From Oligoflexus sp. (GTDB taxonomy: Bacteria > Bdellovibrionota_B > Oligoflexia > Oligoflexales > Oligoflexaceae), in NCBI GenBank assembly GCA_041736305.1, contig JBGSTX010000298.1, forward strand, positions 1 through 21,174: a stretch of 21,174 bases of DNA. The letters are read 5' to 3'. The notes below the pieces were generated by a model. The model saw only the letters and a program-made list of their open reading frames with translations. It had not been told where the DNA came from and searched no databases. The stretch's first letter is position 1, and each line of letters opens with the position of its first letter. A program made the position numbers and the translations under genes. Positions 8,962-17,695 of the stretch are shown here, piece by piece.

Positions 8962-9705
8962 ATGCTGCTACCGAAGCTCAGGCTTTTGCCTAGTCTCCTC
9001 GTGTCCTTGAGTCTTTTGGCTACTGCTTGTGGAAGGTCCAGCGATGAAGAGAGTCAAGTCCAGGTCATCCAAGGATCACGCCCTTCGGATGGTGGAAGCA
9101 TCGAACGATCGACTGTCGCCCTCGCTAACTCTCAAGGTCAGGTGTTTTGTAGCGGAACTTTGATTGACAGCTCTTACGTAGTCTCGGCAGCACATTGTCT
9201 GCAGAACTTTGGCGGCCGACTTTATATTGGTTTTGGCCAGGACCGTAATAACTTTGAATTCATCGAAGCCGCTGCTTTTCGCGTGCACCCGAATTATACG
9301 GGAAGCTTCAGCAGCGATGTTCCCTCGGATATTTCGCTTATCCGTTTAGCTAAGTCCGCCCCCGCTGGATTTAGTCCTGTGCGAATCTATAAAGGGGACC
9401 TCGGTCGTGGCAATGAAGTGTATCTGGCTGGTTATGGACAGACAGAGTCCGGCTCTAGTGGACGCTTGCTTTATACCTCAGTAAATCTCGAAGACTTCGA
9501 TGCCGATGAATTGGTGGTAAATAAACGCGGGACAGGCGCTTGCTATGGCGACTCAGGTGGACCTGCTTACGTGCTCATCGGCGGGACTCTAAGTGTAGTG
9601 GGTGCGACTTCACGCGGCGAATCAGGATGTAAGGGAGCTTCTGTCTATACACGGGTGGATTATTTTGAGAATTGGCTGGAGTCGACGACAGGTCTCAATC
9701 TTTGA
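8962..9705 (+). CDS. S1 (trypsin/chymotrypsin-like) serine protease, lipoprotein
   Basis: Lipobox LATA-C23, FCSGTLI, SAAHC (His), SDISL (Asp), CYGDSGGP (Ser) and VYTRV. Confidence 0.93.
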   Translation: MLLPKLRLLPSLLVSLSLLATACGRSSDEESQVQVIQGSRPSDGGSIERSTVALANSQGQVFCSGTLIDSSYVVSAAHCLQNFGGRLYIGFGQDRNNFEFIEAAAFRVHPNYTGSFSSDVPSDISLIRLAKSAPAGFSPVRIYKGDLGRGNEVYLAGYGQTESGSSGRLLYTSVNLEDFDADELVVNKRGTGACYGDSGGPAYVLIGGTLSVVGATSRGESGCKGASVYTRVDYFENWLESTTGLNL

Positions 9706-9853
9706 TTTTTCTTTTTAGGGGTCGAAGAGACTGAATGCTTGAGCCAGCAGTGTAGGAAGGAAAGGTCAGAGGAAACCAACGTCATGAAAATGCGACAGGA
9801 GCGCAAGACCTTGGCTCTCAGACCTTCCTTGCCTCAGACTAGAGTCTTAGCAC

Positions 9854-10138
9854 TCAGTTAGGAGCAGCTTCGTTCACGTCTTTTTGGACTTCTTTCTTCT
9901 CTTCTAGCACGTCTTTTTGAGCTTCTGTCACGTCTTTTTGCTCTTCATTGACGTCTTTCTGAGCTTCTTCTTGCTTTTCACCTACATCTTTTTGTGCTTC
10001 ATAAACATTTTCTTGTTTATCAGCGATGTCTTTTGCACCATCTTGAGCAGCTTCCTGCTTGTTTTTCGTGCAGCTCATACCGAGCAAGCTCATACTTCCT
10101 AGAAGACTCGAAGCCAAAAGAATTTTTGAAATACGCAT
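9854..10138 (-). CDS. Small lipoprotein with QKDV helical repeats
   Basis: Start set at ATG 10138 (MRISK) after GGAGG. Lipobox LGMS-C. The mature part is charged, with five xxQKDV repeats. Confidence 0.8.
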   Translation of the reverse strand: MRISKILLASSLLGSMSLLGMSCTKNKQEAAQDGAKDIADKQENVYEAQKDVGEKQEEAQKDVNEEQKDVTEAQKDVLEEKKEVQKDVNEAAPN

Positions 10139-10339
10139 AGGCACCTCCAAATAGTCAAAATAACGGACCCACTTTTTGGTATCCATTAATTGATTTGCAA
10201 TAAGCATTCCTATTTACCAGCATACTATGATCCTTGGCAAAGATTTTAAATCGTGTCTTGGAAAAGCCGTCCTGCATGGGTTAGGCTCGCCGAGGATCAA
10301 ACGACGGCCTCCTTTATAATTTAGACGGGAATGTAGCTG

Positions 10340-11689
10340 ATGGATAACGCCGCCCTCTGGTCGCTTATGATTGGGACTCTCTTGCTGGTTGTCGTCGCGG
10401 CCGGATCTTTCTTGCGTCGTCTGCCGCTCACTACTTCCATTCTCTATCTCAGCTATGGAATATTTTTGGGCCCTGCTGGTATTGGTTTGCTTCAGCCCGA
10501 AAAAATCTCCGAACTTCCCTTCCTCGAACGCTTTGCTGAAGCGGCCGTAGTGATATCACTTTTCAGCGCAGGCCTGAAGCTGCGCCTGCCTTTTCGCGAT
10601 CCCAGTTGGCGCGTGGCTCTGCGATTGGCGACGGTGTCGATGCTAGTGAGCATTGCTCTCTTAACGCTTGCTTCGCATTATCTCCTCGGCTTTTCTTTAG
10701 GTGCCGCACTGCTTCTCGCTGCAATACTAGCACCGACCGATCCGGTGCTTGCTTCCGACGTGCAGGTAGCGAAACCCGGAGATAGTGACAAGCTTCGCTT
10801 CGCCCTAACAGCAGAAGCAGGGCTCAACGATGGTATGGCCTTCCCCATGGTCATGCTCGGCCTCGGGCTCCTTGGCCTTCACGAACTAGGTCCCTCTGGA
10901 GCACGATGGTTCGGTGTTGATCTGCTTTGGGCGATCATTGGCGGTCTTGGGATAGGTTACCTCCTTGGACTCTTGCTGGGCCGTTTTGTGCTTTATCTAA
11001 GGCGCGAACATAAGGAAGCGGTCGGATTGGACGACTTCCTAGCTCTCGGCTTGATGGCCCTATCCTACGGTGCCGCCCTAGCGGTCCATGCCTATGGCTT
11101 CCTTGCTGTGTTTGCGGCTGGTCTAGCTTTGCGCCGGATCGAAAGCTTTGAAAAAGGTGAAGAGCCCCTGGCTTCGCATGATTTACAGGGCGTGGCTGAA
11201 GAGCTGGCGATCGACCGCGAGAAAGCTCCTGCGTTTATGACCCATGCTGTCTTGAGCTTTAACGAGCAGCTCGAAAGGATCGGTGAGGTTGTCGTCGTCG
11301 TGCTTCTCGGTGCCTACCTTTCGCCCAAATTTTTTACTGTCCAGGCTCTGCTGGTTGGTGTACTGCTCTTCCTCTTTATACGACCTCTCTCAGTGAAAAT
11401 AGGTCTCTTGGGTAATAAGAGCCTGCAGCCCTTTCAACGACGCCTGGTGGGATGGTTTGGAATAAGGGGACTCGGGTCTGTTTACTATCTCGCTTACGCC
11501 ATTAACCATGGACTGGAAAAGTCTCTGGCTAACGATATTTTCGCTATAGTTTTGAATTTGGTATTGGCTTCAGTGGTGCTGCACGGCATTTCGGTTACGC
11601 CGCTCATGAACACCTACGAACGCACCATGGAACGGCGGCGAGAAAAGCAAAAGAAAGGGCAAGAGCCAAGACCTCTTGCCGTAGAGTGA
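10340..11689 (+). CDS. Cation:proton antiporter (CPA1 / NhaP-type)
   Basis: Highly hydrophobic multi-TM protein with LAPTDPVLA, EAGLNDG and GWFGIRG motifs. Confidence 0.92.
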   Translation: MDNAALWSLMIGTLLLVVVAAGSFLRRLPLTTSILYLSYGIFLGPAGIGLLQPEKISELPFLERFAEAAVVISLFSAGLKLRLPFRDPSWRVALRLATVSMLVSIALLTLASHYLLGFSLGAALLLAAILAPTDPVLASDVQVAKPGDSDKLRFALTAEAGLNDGMAFPMVMLGLGLLGLHELGPSGARWFGVDLLWAIIGGLGIGYLLGLLLGRFVLYLRREHKEAVGLDDFLALGLMALSYGAALAVHAYGFLAVFAAGLALRRIESFEKGEEPLASHDLQGVAEELAIDREKAPAFMTHAVLSFNEQLERIGEVVVVVLLGAYLSPKFFTVQALLVGVLLFLFIRPLSVKIGLLGNKSLQPFQRRLVGWFGIRGLGSVYYLAYAINHGLEKSLANDIFAIVLNLVLASVVLHGISVTPLMNTYERTMERRREKQKKGQEPRPLAVE

Positions 11690-11693
11690 AAAA

Positions 11694-14078
11694 TTAAAGG
11701 CAAGCGCCTGCTGCAGAATCAAAGACCAAAGTTCCTGTGCAAGTGCAAACCCCAGCCGACTCAGTGGTGTTAGCTACACAGTTGCACATTTGGTAAGAAC
11801 CAAAGCTTAGATTCGTGTCGATACTCGTGAAAGAAGTAGCTCCGCTGGTATCGAGCTGTGGTTCTTTTACGCTAAGACGAGCCAAGCCGCTCCAGCCATC
11901 ACAGGAGACCCCTGGATTCGACCTGACGACAGCACCGGTGCAGGTGTTGGTACAAGCTGGAATCTCGATCGCTCCCAAGATCGGATAGCTCTGGGCTGCC
12001 GCGGGGTGATCGATAGCGTTGAAGTTGATGATAGCTTTAGAACCATTGTCGCCCTCTTTAATGAGCTGCCGCGCGGGTTCGAGGTAAATATCGCCTGGCT
12101 GGGCATGGTAATAAGCAAAAGGTATGCGTGCTCCCCAAGCTGGCTCGGTTGATGTAATGAAATTCATGCTGATCTCGCTACCACCAGGCAGTAGGTTACC
12201 GCAAAGATCGTGAGCAAATATCACACTACTATAGTGGCCTTCTGCCGCCGTAACCGCTCCACCCCACAGATCTCCCGCGTTAATAGAGGAAAGTCCGAAG
12301 ACCTCATAGGTCCCCGCACCCGTAAGAGCTAGAGTAGTGTCGGCCGAATTATAGGCTGCAGTATTGATGCGATAGCGTTGCAGACCATAGGGTGAAGCGC
12401 CCATGGATATAGGAAAGTATTCGTACTTCCAGAGCATGGCATCTGCTTCTCTCTTGGCGCTGGGAGCCTGATATTCGTCGCCCATCAAAATATCGCTGTT
12501 CGCGCTAAATATTCCATCTTCATCGACATCGACAAAAGGTGAAGGTAAGTCGATGAACCACTCGCCTGAGGGATTGAAGAGGCCATCGCCTCCGGCATCA
12601 TAGGTAAGCGCATCACCGCTGTCGTAGACTCCGTTCTGATTTTTATCCCAAAATCCATCACCACCCACATCATAGACCCCGTTGCGATTGGCGTCGTTAT
12701 AATGCTCCTGACCGCGAATGGAATAAACCATGGTCGAGCGCCAGTTGCGGCGCAGATCGGAGTAAAGGACTGAAGCTTGACCCTGCCCCGCCCCCCAGGC
12801 CGCGAGACTGTTCGGTTCACAGCGAGTTTGAGCCAGTGGATAAGAGTCGTAGCGTTGGACTGGAAAGGGGTACTGATTGACGAGGTGAAGGCTCTGGAGC
12901 TTGACACTGACCGCACCTGTATCTTTGGAAGGAGTGCCGCCGTTTTCCACGATTACTCGCCCTACTTCCGCCGCGATACTCACGGGATACTGGACCAGTG
13001 CGTCGCCGTCGAAGCGGGCACCTAGCTGAACTGTCAACGGCAGCTGATAGCTGCTGTTAGTGTTGAAGTAGGCTTTCATGGTTCGAGCATTCATGTTATC
13101 GAAAGTCAAAGACATGTTGATGTAGTTAGTGAGACCTGCGGTGACACGCAACACGGGCGATTGGGCGCGATGAGCAACATTATCGACGTCAGTGTAAACA
13201 GAACTCACCTGTATTGTACCCAAAGCAACGCCGGCGCAAATGGGAACCTGGAACTCCCCAGCTCCCGAGCTTATCGCAGTGAAGACAGAGTACTTCTTCC
13301 CGGTAGCGCTATCGACTTGTGTCTGCAGAGTATCGCTGCGCTTGCCTAGTTTGGCTCCTTTGGGAAAGTCTACTTGAGTCTTGAAACTAAGGGTCTGACC
13401 GACAAGAGGTGATCCCGATTGAGTGAGTTTGAAGTAGAGATGCGTGCAATCCTGCGGACCCGAGTCGAGCAAATTAAGAAAGATGACATCTTTCGAACTT
13501 CCCTCACCCTCGCTGCTTTTCATTTCAGGGTCGGCATCGGAGCGCAGGTAGGTGAACTCAAAGGTAGGCTTTTTAGTGACCGTGATTTTCGCCGAGTTGC
13601 TGCTGATCGCTCCGGACTTAGCGACGATCACGGCTTGTCCTTCAGCGTCGCCCGAGCAATATACGGCACTGAAGTTACCCGAAGCATCGGTTCGACCCGA
13701 GCTTGGATTGAGAGAACCGCTATCTTTGGCCAATTCTCCCGTACCCTTAATTTCCAAATTAATCCCTACATCCTCAACTCCAGCTCCACTCATGGTGGCG
13801 CTTACGGAGAAGCTAACGCAGGTGTTTGCGGCTGTAACCTTCGTGAAAAGGGTAGTGGTCGATAAGGATCCAAAGCTAAGGCTATCGGCGACGCCGGTCC
13901 CAACTTCTTCACCGCCTGCACCCGAGATAGTCGAGGTGGGAACCGGCGCGGCTACATTCCTCGAATCGTCTTGGCTGCAACCGAAGCTTAGGCCAACATA
14001 AAAAAGAATTTTGACGAGCTTTCGGGCATCGTGTCCTGATCTTACGTCTCGAAAATAATTGACCTGGCGGCTTTTCAT
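11694..14078 (-). CDS. Large surface lipoprotein with an Ig-like (invasin/Big_1-like) N-terminal region and DxDxDG Ca-binding loops
   Basis: GAGGAG RBS and lipobox-like SFG-C34. GSLNPSSGRTDASG...G.A.IVA resembles Big_1 domains. Loops DANRNG, DKNQNG, DAGGDG and DVDEDG. Cys-rich C-terminus. Confidence 0.7.
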   Translation of the reverse strand: MKSRQVNYFRDVRSGHDARKLVKILFYVGLSFGCSQDDSRNVAAPVPTSTISGAGGEEVGTGVADSLSFGSLSTTTLFTKVTAANTCVSFSVSATMSGAGVEDVGINLEIKGTGELAKDSGSLNPSSGRTDASGNFSAVYCSGDAEGQAVIVAKSGAISSNSAKITVTKKPTFEFTYLRSDADPEMKSSEGEGSSKDVIFLNLLDSGPQDCTHLYFKLTQSGSPLVGQTLSFKTQVDFPKGAKLGKRSDTLQTQVDSATGKKYSVFTAISSGAGEFQVPICAGVALGTIQVSSVYTDVDNVAHRAQSPVLRVTAGLTNYINMSLTFDNMNARTMKAYFNTNSSYQLPLTVQLGARFDGDALVQYPVSIAAEVGRVIVENGGTPSKDTGAVSVKLQSLHLVNQYPFPVQRYDSYPLAQTRCEPNSLAAWGAGQGQASVLYSDLRRNWRSTMVYSIRGQEHYNDANRNGVYDVGGDGFWDKNQNGVYDSGDALTYDAGGDGLFNPSGEWFIDLPSPFVDVDEDGIFSANSDILMGDEYQAPSAKREADAMLWKYEYFPISMGASPYGLQRYRINTAAYNSADTTLALTGAGTYEVFGLSSINAGDLWGGAVTAAEGHYSSVIFAHDLCGNLLPGGSEISMNFITSTEPAWGARIPFAYYHAQPGDIYLEPARQLIKEGDNGSKAIINFNAIDHPAAAQSYPILGAIEIPACTNTCTGAVVRSNPGVSCDGWSGLARLSVKEPQLDTSGATSFTSIDTNLSFGSYQMCNCVANTTESAGVCTCTGTLVFDSAAGACL

Positions 14079-14125
14079 GGGGCTATTCTCCTCAACCTGA
14101 GAGAGCCTTTCGGAGAGAAGCCAGG

Positions 14126-14155
14126 ATTTACCGAGAAAAATTTTTCTCGGTAAAT
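14126..14155. repeat. Perfect 30 bp palindrome
   Basis: ATTTACCGAGAAAAA|TTTTTCTCGGTAAAT is its own reverse complement. It lies between the helicase stop and the start of the 794 aa gene. Confidence 0.85.
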
Positions 14156-14231
14156 ATATCTATTATTATCCAACACTTAGAGGAACGATAGCCGCACCAT
14201 TTGCTTGCAGGTCGCGCGCCGGGGAAGCGAT

Positions 14232-15755
14232 TTAATCCATTTTCTTGCGACGACGAGTCTCAGGCTTTTTTCTTGGGTCCGATCTGCTGCTCTTCTCAGG
14301 CTTAGGTCTCGTCGAGGTCTTTTTCTTGGCCTGGGGGGGGGCCTTGGTTTCTGGCACGCTTTTCTTAGGGGCTATGGGAACGAGCGGCGTGATAACTCCG
14401 ATCTCTTTTTCCTCTTCCGTCGCATTACCGGCCATCGCTTTGCTGGCTAGCTTGAGGGCGCCCAAAGCTATTTCAACGATATCGAATTCGCTCGCCAACT
14501 CGTCAATCACCACCCGAAATTGGTCGAGATCTTCGCTGAGAATCGCCTCGCGGACCGCAGCGTCCATCATTTCTAGACGGCGCGCCTTTAGATCAGCAAT
14601 GCTCGGAACCTTAGCTATTTTCATTTTCTGCTTGGTAAGGTGCTCGATATTACGGAGCTGCCGATGATCACGGGCTTCCGCCAAAGTGATAGCAACCCCT
14701 TCACGCCCTGCTCTACCAACCCGACCGATGCGGTGAATGTAGGTCTCGGGTGAAGCTGGAACATCGTAATTTATAACGTGGGTCAGTTGTTCAATATCCA
14801 AGCCGCGCGAAGCAACATCGGTAGCGATAAGGAGTTCAATCTGTGCCGAGCGAAGGCGCTTGATAACGCGATCTCTTTGTGCTTGAGCCATGCCACCGTG
14901 AAGAGACTCTGCCGCGTAGCCACGTGCTTTGATCGATTCCGCCAGTTCATCAACCTCATTACGGGTACGACAGAAGATAATGGCCGACTTGGGATCTTCC
15001 ATATCTAAAATCCGTCCCAGAGCTTCTGGCTTCTGCGAGCGGTTCACAATATAAGCTGTCTGCTGCACAAGTGGCAGAGAGTCTGTTTTAAGATTATCTG
15101 CTAGGGCTTTAATTTCTTTGGGATTTTTTAGATGCCGCTTGGCAATTCCCGAGATGCGAGGAGGCAAAGTTGCTGAGAATAACATCACCTGGCGCTCGCT
15201 AGGAGTCTCACTGAGTATCGCTTCGATATCATCGACGAAACCCATATCGAGCATCTCGTCAGCTTCGTCGAGAACCACTATTTTTACTTGTGAAAGCTTC
15301 AGAGTCTGACGGCGGATATGGTCGAGAGCCCGTCCGGGAGTAGCTACCACAATATCGACACCGCGTTCTAGAGAGCGAATTTGCTGGCCGTAAGCTTGAC
15401 CGCCGTAAACCGGTACGACGCTGATTCTCATGTCTTTAGCGTAGCGATGGATAGCTTCGGAAACTTGGATGGCTAGCTCGCGTGTAGGCACGAGTATCAG
15501 GGCACGGGGTCCGCCGCGAACTGCTTCACCTTGGGCTAATCTTTGAATAATAGGCAGGGCAAAAGCCGCGGTTTTACCGGTACCAGTTGCGGCTTGACCA
15601 ACTAAATCAAAGCCTTGCAGAAGTAGAGGAATGGCTTGGGCTTGAATAGGTGTCGGTTCTTCATAGCCGAGGCGGCTAAGAGCGTCAGTAAGTCGTGACT
15701 CTAAACCCAGAGCGCTAAAATCCTTGACCGGTTCGATGTCGGTTTTTTGGTCCAT
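14232..15755 (-). CDS. DEAD-box ATP-dependent RNA helicase (DeaD/CshA-like)
   Basis: Q motif (GYEEPTPIQ), ATGTGKT, PTRELA, TPGR, LDEAD, SAT, SRGLD and HRIGRVGRAG, with a basic C-terminal tail. Confidence 0.96.
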   Translation of the reverse strand: MDQKTDIEPVKDFSALGLESRLTDALSRLGYEEPTPIQAQAIPLLLQGFDLVGQAATGTGKTAAFALPIIQRLAQGEAVRGGPRALILVPTRELAIQVSEAIHRYAKDMRISVVPVYGGQAYGQQIRSLERGVDIVVATPGRALDHIRRQTLKLSQVKIVVLDEADEMLDMGFVDDIEAILSETPSERQVMLFSATLPPRISGIAKRHLKNPKEIKALADNLKTDSLPLVQQTAYIVNRSQKPEALGRILDMEDPKSAIIFCRTRNEVDELAESIKARGYAAESLHGGMAQAQRDRVIKRLRSAQIELLIATDVASRGLDIEQLTHVINYDVPASPETYIHRIGRVGRAGREGVAITLAEARDHRQLRNIEHLTKQKMKIAKVPSIADLKARRLEMMDAAVREAILSEDLDQFRVVIDELASEFDIVEIALGALKLASKAMAGNATEEEKEIGVITPLVPIAPKKSVPETKAPPQAKKKTSTRPKPEKSSRSDPRKKPETRRRKKMD

Positions 15756-16067
15756 TTATTAACGCCCTTGTTTATTGGTGAGTGTGGGACTTCTGGCTGG
15801 CCGAACCATCTTATAAGCGTGAGTTTGAGCAGTGACAATAACTTTATCGCGACGAGGCGAGGCAAAAACTCCCAATTGAGCTACATACACCCAATACGAC
15901 GGGGTGCTGCTTGGAGTCGCAGAGAATTCCAGCTTTTAGAAGTCCACAGAGCGGACCATTGTTAGATAAGAGCGTTTGCTAGGATGATATCACCCACGGA
16001 CGTTTCCCTTCGTTACTTTAACATACCGACTTTTCCTAATCACCTTAATGGTTTAGGGTAAGATTAA

Positions 16068-16093
16068 TAGATCTCTCGAGCGCCTGCCGATAA
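16068..16093 (+). promoter_or_regulatory. Candidate sigma28 (FliA)-type promoter
   Basis: Exact -10 consensus GCCGATAA at 16086-16093, with TAGA 14 nt upstream. It ends 31 bp before the ATG at 16125. Confidence 0.5.
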
Positions 16094-16124
16094 CTTGTTA
16101 TCGTCATAGCCATGGGATAAAAGA

Positions 16125-17516
16125 ATGAAGGTAACGCTCCAGATAAATTCCGTAGTTTTCGCATGTTCGATAATTTTCGGATGTAATGGTGATTCTTTCC
16201 TACCAAAGCCCGAGGAGCAAGCTGGAATCTTGGGTGGGCCACATAATGACGACGTCAAAAATGAGCCTAAGCCAGATGTGAGCGATGAATCCGTTGTACC
16301 TCCCAATAATATTTCTGGAACCTATCTCATAGGCTGCGAGGCCATAGCTTCGGCTTCGGTCGGACCGTATAATTTGAAACTTGCATGTCAGGTGCAAGGC
16401 ATCGACCGCTCCTTTCCAACGAGCAGTGGTATTTGGACAGGTCAGCTTATCGATTCTGTTGCCGGAGAAGAGCTTAAGATTCTGGATGCGAGCCAAGGCT
16501 TGTTTCAGCTTGAGATTTCCGACGCCAATGCAGTCACCAGCACACTAGCTCGGACCCTTATCACCTTTGCCGGTCAGGTGAATGGCCAGGATTTGAAAAT
16601 GGAAACCAGGGCTAAAAAAGCCGTCGAGAGCAGCGGCTCGCAAATCCCTGAGCTGAAACCATCTACGCCCTCTGCAAATCAGCCAGCAGGACAGGTGTCG
16701 GCTACTCTCAGCTGTCCTAATCAATTTGTGCAGGTTCCGGGAGATACGCGCTATGGAACCAGCAATTTTTGTATCATGAAGTACGAGGCAAAAGATGGTG
16801 CTGGATCTGTCCTTACAACGGCCGCTCGCCCCCCTTGGGTCAACATCAGCCAGGCCAATGCTCGCCTTGCCTGTCAGGCGCTAGGACCGAGGTACGACCT
16901 TATCAGCAATGATGAATGGATGAGTGTCGGAGCTAACATCGCGGGCGTGGCAAGGAACTGGAGTGCCGCGGCTCTAGGGCAAGGATTTATGAGTGGAGGC
17001 CACTCCGATAGCACTCCGGCTGTGCCATGTCAGGCTTCAGGAGATGATCTCCAAGCCTATTTCGATGCTAACTGCCTCGTCGCTACGGACACTGGCCCCT
17101 TCGCTCAGCGCCGCACCCATGAACTCTCGAACGGCAGCATCATTTGGGACTTAGCGGGTAATGTTTCGGAATGGACGACTATGGTGATCGCTCCGACTCT
17201 CGCAAAACCCTTTAGCAGCACTGACCAGACTACTATCGATTTCTGGCGCGAATGGACCGAAATCAACTCCGGTTTCGACGTTTTGCCTTTGAAAAGACTG
17301 CGCCCGACCAGTGCGGACTTCAGTTTCTGGAACGAAACTTGGAATTCCACAGCTGGAATCGGCAAATACTTGAGCGGAAGGAGAGGCGGAGGAGCTCTGC
17401 AGCGGGGCGGAAATTTTGTTGACCTGCAGCGGTCTGGTATCTTTGCGGGTGATCTTTCTCTTACAGAAAACGAGCCCGCCCCTAACACAGGTTTTCGATG
17501 CGTGTTCCACCTATAA
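16125..17516 (+). CDS. Lipoprotein with a C-terminal FGE-sulfatase/SUMF1-like (C-type lectin fold) domain
   Basis: Lipobox IFG-C20. CPNQFVQVPG, FCIMKYEA, PWVNIS..AR.AC, LISNDEW, WDLAGNVSEW and RGG...TGFRCV are hallmark FGE-fold motifs. Confidence 0.85.
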   Translation: MKVTLQINSVVFACSIIFGCNGDSFLPKPEEQAGILGGPHNDDVKNEPKPDVSDESVVPPNNISGTYLIGCEAIASASVGPYNLKLACQVQGIDRSFPTSSGIWTGQLIDSVAGEELKILDASQGLFQLEISDANAVTSTLARTLITFAGQVNGQDLKMETRAKKAVESSGSQIPELKPSTPSANQPAGQVSATLSCPNQFVQVPGDTRYGTSNFCIMKYEAKDGAGSVLTTAARPPWVNISQANARLACQALGPRYDLISNDEWMSVGANIAGVARNWSAAALGQGFMSGGHSDSTPAVPCQASGDDLQAYFDANCLVATDTGPFAQRRTHELSNGSIIWDLAGNVSEWTTMVIAPTLAKPFSSTDQTTIDFWREWTEINSGFDVLPLKRLRPTSADFSFWNETWNSTAGIGKYLSGRRGGGALQRGGNFVDLQRSGIFAGDLSLTENEPAPNTGFRCVFHL

Positions 17517-17695
17517 GGGTCAATAAAACGAAGTTAGCGCACGATAACGGCTGAATCGACCTGTCAGGAACATCTGAGTGTGCTTCGTCTCATAATGCGG
17601 TAATATCCCAAGAAATGATCCGCTGCCAGGCGCAGAATGCGCCTCCTCTGCTTCTGCATTCAAAAAATTAAGCCAGGCGGATCCTGGAGCTAGAG

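Noticed and set aside
7866-9705. Complete cdtABC holotoxin operon
   Set aside because: The flanking genes are a DTW enzyme and an S1 protease. No ricin-B-like CdtA/CdtC ORF fits in the 134 bp and 176 bp gaps.
9757-9830. Imperfect inverted repeat (AAGGAAAGGTCAGAG / CTCTCAGACCTTCCTT) between convergent genes
   Set aside because: It has mismatches, a loop of over 40 nt and no U-tract. It may aid termination but is not supportable as a feature.
17400-17695. Complete diversity-generating retroelement at the FGE-fold gene
   Set aside because: No template-repeat copy of the 3' segment, no reverse transcriptase and no Avd-like gene were found in the window.
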